Shown here: positions 44,684-53,700 of the stretch, one piece after another | Layout: each line of letters starts with the position of its first letter | How positions within the stretch are numbered: position 1 is the stretch's first letter | Source of the DNA: a virus | Taxonomy: Duplodnaviria > Caudoviricetes | Direction: 5' to 3' (one strand) | Length of the DNA stretch: 58,476 nt | Virus record (IMG/VR): IMGVR_UViG_3300025251_000014 | Coordinates: 1-58,476 of that record | Program-made: the position numbers and the translations under genes | The notes under the pieces: model-generated | The model's database searches: none | Seen by the model: the letters and a program-made list of their open reading frames with translations, nothing else | Told to the model about the DNA's origin: nothing

Positions 44684-45153
44684 TGTCATACCCAAAGATC
44701 AAAATATCGGATGACTCTGGGGAAACAGTAGGCATTACTGACAACCGTCTAGATGTTAACGTGGCTGGGGCTACTATAACGACAGGCGATATTGATGTAA
44801 ATTTAGATTCGGCAACAGACAGTGTAGCTGTGACAGGCACAGTAACTGTAGACTCCCTTGATACCCAACCTGCAACCTTTAATACTGTAGACGGCAGTGA
44901 AATTACCACAGCAGATAATACTAATGCAGCTGCTTTTGCTAGTGTTGGCACTAATGTGAAAGAGGTGCAAATACAATCTTTATCTACTAACGTAGATAGT
45001 TTCTATATAACTGATACAAGTGATAACCCTTGTGCAGAACTAACCCCAGCAGGAACATTATCCCTACCTATAAGTAACCTTAACTTACTGAAATATAAGA
45101 AGTTAACTAATGATGGTACTAGTCAAAAACTCTTAATTACGGCATTAAGCTAA
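44683..45153 (+). CDS. Virion structural protein
   Basis: Thr/Val/Asp-rich beta protein in the tail module. Confidence 0.6.
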   Translation: MSYPKIKISDDSGETVGITDNRLDVNVAGATITTGDIDVNLDSATDSVAVTGTVTVDSLDTQPATFNTVDGSEITTADNTNAAAFASVGTNVKEVQIQSLSTNVDSFYITDTSDNPCAELTPAGTLSLPISNLNLLKYKKLTNDGTSQKLLITALS

Positions 45154-46229
45154 TGGGAAGAATAGCACTTAAACAAGCTGGTATACCTAACCATAAGCTT
45201 CAGAAGAACCTTGATGTTAATGGGTTTGCTATAAATGATGGACTTGCTGGTGAAGGCTTATATCTTAAGGATTGGGATGGCAATCCTCAAATGCGAGCAG
45301 GTTTAAATATCTCAAATCCTGCTCATACACTAACTGTATATGATGCGGACTATCCTTATATACAGTTTATAAACTCTCATACTGGTTCAGGGCAGAATGA
45401 TGGACTTGTTATAGGTATGCAAAAAAATGCTGCTGCATACATCACATTAAGAGAGTCTTCACCACTAATATTTAGAACAAGTGATACAGATAGGCTTACT
45501 ATAGAGAAAGGTGGCAATGTAGGTATTGGTGTTGCAGACCCTGATACTACATTAGAGGTATGGAGTGCATCCACACAGCTCAAGCTATCTAACAGCGATA
45601 CAAGTTATGCAACAATAGGTGTTATTTCTGGTAGTAGACTATCTATTGCAACAGCAGAAAGTGGTAATATTACTATTGATACAGCTGGTGGTAATATAGC
45701 ACTTAAGTCTGGTGGTGGTACTTATACTCCAACGGCAGATAGCGATGCTGCAACCAAAAAGTATGTAGATGATAAAGTTCCTGATACAAGTAAGTTTTAT
45801 TATGATATCAGGATAGCTAATTATTATGCAACAGCAACAGCAAACTACTTGCCTCTTGCAGGGTATGTTACCGAAAAGACTTCTACTACGAGCAATAATG
45901 AATATCTTGCTATGATTGCACCCTTTGATGGAACGTTGGAAGAAGTTGTGTGGAGAAGTGAAATGTCTCAAAATGGTGCAACAAGCCTGCGGATACTCGA
46001 GGCTTCCGATGAAACAGAAATTCCAGGCACAACCATATATAGAAAAGATTATACTTTGGGACTTACACAAGCTAATACAGTAGTAACTGTTGATATGTCG
46101 TCTCCCAGTGTTGGAACTGACCCTCCTACATTTACAAAAGGGAAATTATATGTAGTCTATCTAAGGCATCCCAATGCACCATATGATACAAATGTAACAT
46201 TAACTTTTAAGTGGGATGTAACGAGTTAA
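45153..46229 (+). CDS. Tail fibre protein
   Basis: GNVGIG..P...LEV repeat and DAATKKYVD fibre motif. Confidence 0.75.
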   Translation: MGRIALKQAGIPNHKLQKNLDVNGFAINDGLAGEGLYLKDWDGNPQMRAGLNISNPAHTLTVYDADYPYIQFINSHTGSGQNDGLVIGMQKNAAAYITLRESSPLIFRTSDTDRLTIEKGGNVGIGVADPDTTLEVWSASTQLKLSNSDTSYATIGVISGSRLSIATAESGNITIDTAGGNIALKSGGGTYTPTADSDAATKKYVDDKVPDTSKFYYDIRIANYYATATANYLPLAGYVTEKTSTTSNNEYLAMIAPFDGTLEEVVWRSEMSQNGATSLRILEASDETEIPGTTIYRKDYTLGLTQANTVVTVDMSSPSVGTDPPTFTKGKLYVVYLRHPNAPYDTNVTLTFKWDVTS

Positions 46230-46230
46230 T

Positions 46231-46545
46231 ATGAAGATATATAGACATCCAGCAGCAACATCTTACTCAACCAATTGGGCTATATGGAGCAAAGGTTTAA
46301 TACCAACCTCTTTAGTTGCAGATCTTACGGAACCGTCGAAACCTTACTTTACGACTAAAGACACTGGTAGTGGGATAGAAGTAGAAGGAGAGTGGTCTAC
46401 ATGGTCCTCTGCCGAATCTAGCTATATCACAATGTGTAATGCCTCTTCAGCAGATGATTATCTTGGTGGCTCAGGAAGGCCACTTGTTATCGCTCTCAAT
46501 GTAATCACTCACAGGATAACTGATGGAATTATTACGGCAAGATAA
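46231..46545 (+). CDS. Hypothetical protein, 104 aa
   Basis: ORF track; tightly packed between neighbours. Confidence 0.55.
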   Translation: MKIYRHPAATSYSTNWAIWSKGLIPTSLVADLTEPSKPYFTTKDTGSGIEVEGEWSTWSSAESSYITMCNASSADDYLGGSGRPLVIALNVITHRITDGIITAR

Positions 46546-46703
46546 TGGATATTATAGACACACTTAAAGTAGAATCAATAGGTCTTGGTGGTTGGTGGCT
46601 CTCTATGAGTTCCTGGCTACCTGATATGGTTAGTCTGTTTGTTGGACTCGCCACGCTTATCTACCTAGTTATAAAGATAGGCAAAGAACTTAGAACTAAA
46701 TAG
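46545..46703 (+). CDS. Small membrane protein, holin candidate, 52 aa
   Basis: Read manually: MDIIDTLKVESIGLGGWWLSMSSWLPDMVSLFVGLATLIYLVIKIGKELRTK. Confidence 0.6.
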   Translation: MDIIDTLKVESIGLGGWWLSMSSWLPDMVSLFVGLATLIYLVIKIGKELRTK

Positions 46704-46712
46704 GAGAGAACT

Positions 46713-47618
46713 ATGTTATGTATCAAATGTGGATCAAATCAGACCATCAAGTATGGTATACGCACTAATAAAGATGGTAAGGATATACAGAGGCACTTTT
46801 GCAACAGTTGTAGAAGGGAATTTTCTACCAGTCTAGAAGCTTCTAAGAGTGCATCACAGGTAAGAAGGGCTATAATAACACCTGATAAGCATTTTCCATA
46901 TGAGGATAAACCAGCTATTAATGCTCTGGTAAAGGCTATAAGTCTAGTAAAACCAAGCATTTACGTGGATTTAGGGGATACTGGGGAATGGGAATCTGTA
47001 TCAATGTGGAAGTGGAAGAGAAAGAAACAGCCACCGCTAGAACACATTATACCAGATATAGAGAAAGAGATTAAGGCTGTCAACCGTGGAATGGATGTAA
47101 TAGATGAGGCTCTAGATAGTGTAGGATGTGATGAGCGTCACTTTACAGAAGGTAACCATGACAACTGGCTAAATAGGTTTGTAGAGAGATACCCCTATTT
47201 GCCCCAATATAGGCTCAAAAACGCGATAAAACTGGAAGAGCGAGGTTATACCTACCATCCATTCGGAAAGTACCTTAAAATAGGCAAGCTACACTTCTAT
47301 CATGGACATCAGTATGGAGGTATGTATCATACTGCAAACCACTTAAGAAAGCTTGGATGCAATGTTATGTATGGGCATTGGCACGATCTGCAACATATGA
47401 CAGCCACCCATATGGATGGACCTAAAGGAGCCTGGAGTATAGGATGTTTAAAGGATATGAGTACAGAATCTAATGCCTGGCTTGATAATAGGAACCATAA
47501 CTGGGCACATGCATTTGCTATAATAGACTTCTTTGGAGATGACTTTACAGTGGATGTAGTACAGATAATAGATGGCAAGTGCTCTATATGGGGCAATATG
47601 ATAAATGGTAACGAATAA
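46713..47618 (+). CDS. Calcineurin-like metallophosphoesterase with N-terminal zinc ribbon
   Basis: PDKH, DLGD, GNHD, HGH, GHWH motifs; N-terminal CIKC...CNSC. Confidence 0.88.
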   Translation: MLCIKCGSNQTIKYGIRTNKDGKDIQRHFCNSCRREFSTSLEASKSASQVRRAIITPDKHFPYEDKPAINALVKAISLVKPSIYVDLGDTGEWESVSMWKWKRKKQPPLEHIIPDIEKEIKAVNRGMDVIDEALDSVGCDERHFTEGNHDNWLNRFVERYPYLPQYRLKNAIKLEERGYTYHPFGKYLKIGKLHFYHGHQYGGMYHTANHLRKLGCNVMYGHWHDLQHMTATHMDGPKGAWSIGCLKDMSTESNAWLDNRNHNWAHAFAIIDFFGDDFTVDVVQIIDGKCSIWGNMINGNE

Positions 47619-47629
47619 AGGAGAATAAC

Positions 47630-47785
47630 ATGAGTGCACTAATCGCATGGGTAACAAAAACAATCCTAACTGAAGCTGTTCTTAAGCAGATAGTTATGAT
47701 ACTAGGAGATTATCTTGTAGAGAGTTCAGCTAATAAGCTTGATGACAAACTATGGGCTAAAGTAAAGAAAACACTGGTTAAGTAA
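47630..47785 (+). CDS. Small amphipathic protein, 51 aa (..SANKLDD..)
   Basis: Read manually; AAGGAG RBS; TAATG coupling to the next gene. Confidence 0.65.
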   Translation: MSALIAWVTKTILTEAVLKQIVMILGDYLVESSANKLDDKLWAKVKKTLVK

Positions 47786-50730
47786 TGCCTAAGAAGTCAT
47801 TAGTTATAAATGGGTTCCTTGGAGGTATCAATGAGGATGCAGACTTAACAGATATACAATCTGAGGATCAAGGTGGTAAAAATGAACTTACAGCCTGTGA
47901 TGATGGTATATGCAATATGCCTGGCAAGATTCGTGGGAAGACTGTAGTTTCTGCAGCTGGAGAAGGCGCCCTTGGATTAAGTGGTACTGCTGATGCTAGC
48001 GAAGATCTGTTAATATATGGTACCGACTATTATAGAAATCAAGGAGTATATAAAGTTGGTAGTAATGTTGAATGGTCTGGAAAGAATACCGTTAAAAGAC
48101 CTAATAGTACTGCGCTTGCAACTGGAAGTAGTAATGTATCACAGCAGACCAGCTCACTGGGACTAAAGGCTTCTGGCACATCAACAGGGGAGGACTTAGA
48201 CTATGTATTTTTGGGCAAGGCCGCTACCCAGAGTAATGGAGACTGTCTTATTGCTAACAGCACTGCTGCTCTTACTCAAAAGACCGACCGTCTTATTGCA
48301 TGGAACTATGACGAGTATAATGATGGAAAAATCCCTAATCCACCGTTTGGTACTGAGTTTACATCTCATAAACATTTTGGGTTTATAAGTGATACTGGTT
48401 GGACCGTGAGTTTTTGGGATGAGAGCGCTAGCGCCAATTCCTGGGGTGGTCATACAGCATCCCCTGCAAATGGTAGTTTTATAGGGGCCTACCCAGACAC
48501 CGGATCTCAATCCTATGCAGAATGTGACTATATTAGACTTGGCAGGCGATATATAAATGATTCAAGTTGGAGTAATTATGATCCTGCAATAGTAATAAGA
48601 ACTGGAAATGGGCCCACAAATAACCCAACAGATAATATACCTGGACTATATGATACAGGCATTAATGTTGCAGATAAGGATATATATATAGAGATATCCA
48701 TCAATGGCAACAATTCTGGAAATAATGATGCACATGAATGGGCCGAGCAGGGCACTAGTGGATTTACGAGGCTGACCATTGTTCTTGACTCGCATTTTGC
48801 AGATAGTATTGTAAATTACAATCCTGATTTGGTTGGAGACAGTTATTGTAAGATATATAGGAAAACTAGAGCTGAACTCGATTCATTACAGGCAATAGAT
48901 AGAAGCAATGGAATCGGTCATGCAAATATTGCTAAAGCAAGGATTAAAATACCTTATGATAGTGCTATATTTACTGGGGACAATTTTAACGGTGCTAACA
49001 TTGCAAATATTTGGATAATTGCTGAGGGTGCAGACATGAGCATAACAGATAACACTATAACTGGTGGAACTACTAGATGGTTATTGAATCTCTATGAGCT
49101 TTCATTTATGGGAAGTACGCAGCCAGGATGGGCCAACACAAATACCAAATTTATACAGACTAAGGTAACTAATGGTATAGAGTCTTTACTACGGCCATAT
49201 GATGGGTATCTATCATTAGTTTCAGACAATACAATGAACCTGGAAATAGCGAAACCCAGTGATGCTCATATAGGGAAGTTATATTACCAGGAAGCAGACG
49301 ATAATGGGGTTGCCAGTGGATCTCTATTTTTACTAGCAGAGGTAGATACGTCAAAAGGAGTAAAGAGTATATTATCTACTTATTATAGGGATTGGGATGA
49401 TAATGGTACTGATCCCGACAGTGTGAAACTTGTTATGTCAGACCCTCCTATATCTTCAACATATAAGCTTGAGGCTGGATATCCAACAGATACAGAGTCT
49501 ATTAACGCACAATGGGACCATGCTGTTGCTATTGGCAGACAGGTATATATAGGTAGTGTTGTTAAAGAGGGTGAAGACTTAGCATCTACAGCCGTATCAG
49601 TTAATGCAGGAACAACACCAGATTTATATCCCACTTTTAGTACTGTAGGCTATTCACTGGATACAGCTACTTATCCATATCCTCAATCAATACATGTAGA
49701 TGTGACATCTGCAGCTGATCCTTCTATATTTCAGTATAGTTTTGATGGTGGTACAAGTTGGGATGTTGCTACTATAACAATGAATGAATCATTACAAGAA
49801 CTTGGCAGTTCAGAAATATATGTGAAGTTTCCAGTTGATACTGGCTATACTGTGGGCGATGAATGGAAAATAGTTATAGAGAAGGAAACTGACCTTATCT
49901 TAAAAGGGACCATAGGTAAAAAGTATGGCTTCCCAGATCTTAACTATATAGACCTTGAGTTACCAGGATCTGGTATTACAGCTATGATGGCTTCTGGAGA
50001 TAGATTGTTTGTCTTCTCTGATGATATGCTTAATATAGTCAATGTAGCTCAAGACTTTGAGTTTCTAGAAGGTTCATTCCAGGGTTATGGTGTTACCAAT
50101 AAGAAAAGTGTATGTAAAGTGTTAGAGGGTTTGGCATTTGTAAATAATACTGGTGTGTACTATTTTGATGGTGCGGAAATGAACTCTTTATCTGACGATC
50201 TGATGATGAGTAGGGCATGGACTAATGGTAGTTCTATAGGCTATTTACCTTCTGAAAAGATAGTGGTTGTTTGGGATTCAGCAAAATTATGGGGATATAG
50301 TCTTGTTACTAAGGCTTGGGTAACAAAGAGTATAGCAGCAAATGCTATACCAAGTACGGCTATAGCCTATTATGGTAATGAAGCACATTTTCTCACCGCT
50401 TCAGCAATGAATAAACTTGCTTTAAGTAGTAGTACACTTGACCCTAGCATAGAAACTGGCAAGATAATATGTGGTGATCCAAGCAGGAGAAAGAAGTTTA
50501 AAAAGGTGTATATAAGTTCAGCTTTTGGTGCCGGGACATTAACTCTACATTGGAGTATAGATGGAGCTGGATATAATGATAGCCAAGCTATAACAACTGG
50601 AGATAATTTTGCAGTGACTATAAATGCTAATGGTAAGAATATACGGTTTAAACTAGTAGGTAGTGGCCTGTCAGACGATTATAGCATAGGTGAGATATCC
50701 TTAATATATAGAGATAAAACAGTTAAATAA
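47785..50730 (+). CDS. Tail nozzle/tubular (stabilisation) protein
   Basis: FLGGIN N-terminus, beta-propeller-like C-terminal part (G......SV, GVYYFDG), GDPSRRKKFKKVY motif. Confidence 0.75.
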   Translation: MPKKSLVINGFLGGINEDADLTDIQSEDQGGKNELTACDDGICNMPGKIRGKTVVSAAGEGALGLSGTADASEDLLIYGTDYYRNQGVYKVGSNVEWSGKNTVKRPNSTALATGSSNVSQQTSSLGLKASGTSTGEDLDYVFLGKAATQSNGDCLIANSTAALTQKTDRLIAWNYDEYNDGKIPNPPFGTEFTSHKHFGFISDTGWTVSFWDESASANSWGGHTASPANGSFIGAYPDTGSQSYAECDYIRLGRRYINDSSWSNYDPAIVIRTGNGPTNNPTDNIPGLYDTGINVADKDIYIEISINGNNSGNNDAHEWAEQGTSGFTRLTIVLDSHFADSIVNYNPDLVGDSYCKIYRKTRAELDSLQAIDRSNGIGHANIAKARIKIPYDSAIFTGDNFNGANIANIWIIAEGADMSITDNTITGGTTRWLLNLYELSFMGSTQPGWANTNTKFIQTKVTNGIESLLRPYDGYLSLVSDNTMNLEIAKPSDAHIGKLYYQEADDNGVASGSLFLLAEVDTSKGVKSILSTYYRDWDDNGTDPDSVKLVMSDPPISSTYKLEAGYPTDTESINAQWDHAVAIGRQVYIGSVVKEGEDLASTAVSVNAGTTPDLYPTFSTVGYSLDTATYPYPQSIHVDVTSAADPSIFQYSFDGGTSWDVATITMNESLQELGSSEIYVKFPVDTGYTVGDEWKIVIEKETDLILKGTIGKKYGFPDLNYIDLELPGSGITAMMASGDRLFVFSDDMLNIVNVAQDFEFLEGSFQGYGVTNKKSVCKVLEGLAFVNNTGVYYFDGAEMNSLSDDLMMSRAWTNGSSIGYLPSEKIVVVWDSAKLWGYSLVTKAWVTKSIAANAIPSTAIAYYGNEAHFLTASAMNKLALSSSTLDPSIETGKIICGDPSRRKKFKKVYISSAFGAGTLTLHWSIDGAGYNDSQAITTGDNFAVTINANGKNIRFKLVGSGLSDDYSIGEISLIYRDKTVK

Positions 50731-53700
50731 TGAGAAGTAAAGAGGAAAGAAAGGCTTTACACAGACTTGCAGAAAGACGGTCTAGAAAGGATACCATTTC
50801 TAAGGCTGATAATTCCTCACGTATAGTCAGGGATGGGAAGAAACTTTTCCAGGTAACTACTATAGATGGGGAAGAGTTATACAATGAAGTAAAGACCTCA
50901 TCTAGAGCTGCTGCTGGACAGTCGACTGGCAGTGGTGGTGATACAACTCTCAATATATCTGGAGGGGGTGGAAGAGTAGGTGCAGCCTCTTCACACTTAA
51001 GCCTTGAAGATGTTGGTAGAGATGACCATCATCCAGAACTACATACTTTAGCCTCCCACTCAGATTGGGCATCAACTGGTACAGGAAATAATGTAGTTCT
51101 ATCTGCAGGGCCAACATTAACTGGAACTGCTGCTTTTGCTGATATTACAGCCTCAGGCGATCTTGATGTTACAGGAGATATTAGTTGTGATGATCTTACA
51201 GTTGGTGGTTCTGCCTCCATCTCTGTTGATACAACTGCCACTGGAACAGTTACTATTACTAAAACTACCACTAGTGCGCTAAAGGTAGAAGATGGGTCTA
51301 ATAGCATAGCTCTACAAGTAGATACTACAAACAATACAGTTGGAATAGGGGGAGCTGATAGTACTGACACATTAACTGTTACTGGAACTACAAATATAAC
51401 AGGTGCCACTACCATTGGAGGAACATTAGGTGTAACTGGCTTAGCTACTTTAGATGGTGGTATTGTAGTTGATTCTGATAAGTTTACAGTAGCAGATGGT
51501 ACAGGTGATACTGTTATTGCTGGTTCATTAAATGTCCAAAGTGTAAGTGGGGTGACAATAGATACGGGTAATAGTTTTGAACTTACCTTTTCTGGTACCA
51601 ATGCTGCTAATATACGCCACTCTGGCTCAAGTCAAGATATATATATACTCCCAAGTGGCTTGTTGAGACTTGGTTCTGGTGGTCAGAATGATAGGATTGT
51701 TATTGCATCTGATGGTCATGTTGGTATAGGGACGCCAGCAACAGCAGCAGATATATTGAAGATTAGTGGTAAGCGTACATTAACTACAAGTGCAGATACA
51801 AATTATACTGCTCACATGATAGCTAATACTGGTAGCGGTAATGCTTCAACATACTATGATGCTATAGATGGGGACTTTTCTGGTAGCGACTATGGGAGAG
51901 TAGGTCAGAGTAATACTGGACATATGGAGTATGTAATTGAAGCTTCCTCACCCGCGCCATACCATGTATTTACAGGTGGCAATGTCGGTATAGGGACTAC
52001 TTCACCAGGAGAACCTCTTGACGTTGCTAATTTAGGTGGTGGTGCTCAAATGTCTCTTACACGAATGGATAATAGTATATCTTCAGGAAATGAGATAGGT
52101 CATTTATTCTTTACTATGGTGGATGCAGATGGGACAACTGATAGAGATATTTCTTGTGGTATTGGTGCTTATGCAACGGAGACCCACGATGGGGCTAATT
52201 TTGGGGGAGAACTTCGTTTTTCTACTTCTGATAATACAAGTTCTACAAAAACTACTAGAATGGTTATTGACGAAGATGGCTATGTCGGTATCGGGACTAC
52301 TTCGCCATCTGCATTGCTTGAAATAGCTTCTTCAACTGCTAATAGACCAATTGTTTATATAACCAATACTTCTACTTCTCCAAACGATGAAGGTGGAAAT
52401 ATAATATTTAGAACTGGTGACCCAGATGCCAATCTTACTACAAATGATGTATTGGGTGATATATCGTTTCAAGGACAAGATAATTCTGACAATGCTTATA
52501 TAACTGGTGCGACAATTAGGGCACGAATAGATGGAACTCCTGGTACAGATAGTATGCCTACAGAATTAGCATTTTATACAAATTCTGGAGCAAATAGTCA
52601 TACACAGCAAATGTGTATTCTTGCAAATGGCAACGTCGGTATAGGGACTGCTGCACCACAAGTAGAATTTCACGTTGAAAGTACTGACCCTCAAATACGC
52701 ATATCTGATCCAAATTCTTGGAATACTACTACTGCAACTGCCTATATAGAAATGTATGATAGAAATGATACAGCATTACTAGGCAAGGTCGGCTATTTAA
52801 GTCCAACTAATTTAGACATGACTATTTACAATGCCTTAGCAGGTGATGTAAATTTTAGTACTAGTGCTACTCAGCGTATGACAATACTATCTGGTGGCAA
52901 TGTCGGTATAGGAATTGGTAATCCTGCTACCAAATTAGAAGTTCTTTCTGGTACTACTAATCAACTTAAGCTATCTTATAATGCGTGGGGTGACAATTGT
53001 ACATTTGGTGTTGATACTAATGGCTACCTCACCATTACTCCAAGTGGTAATAATATATTGATGCCAGATGCTTTAACCAATTTAAGAAGTACAAGCTATG
53101 TGTCTGGATTATTTACTGGTAGCGGTTGGAATATATATAAAGACGGTAATGATGCATATAATATGGAAGTTGACAATCTATGGGTTAGGGGCTCTATGTT
53201 TGTATGGGAACTTGTTATCAATAAAATAAGAGCTACAAATGGAAGCTTGGTAGTCACATCCTCTGCTGAATGTAGTGATGGTGAATTTGTCAGTCCAGGA
53301 GTAGACCCCTTAGCAGAAGATGACTTATTAGATCTAACCTTTTCCACAGGCAAAGAGGATGCTGATGGCGATAATGCTGCTATTGATTATCATCCATTTA
53401 AAGATGGAGATCTAATACTGGCACATGATTCATCTCTTGGAGATAATGGTGTAGCGTTGACCATAAGAGAGATAAGATTAGAAGTTACAGATGATGATAT
53501 TGGAGCTGTAAATGTCTGTAGAGTAAAAGTTATAGCTGGAACTACAAATGGTACAGAGATAGCTAATCTTACTGGTATGGCTTTTGTAAGGGTTGGGAGT
53601 ACATCAGATAGTAATAGAAGGGGTGGTGTATATTTGACCTCAGATGACTCAAATGCCCCATTTATAGATATATGGAACAACGTAGATGCTTTTACTGGGA

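Noticed and set aside
46713-46830. IS1 InsA-like zinc ribbon suggesting an insertion sequence
   Set aside because: Fused in frame to a phosphoesterase; no DDE transposase or terminal inverted repeats seen.
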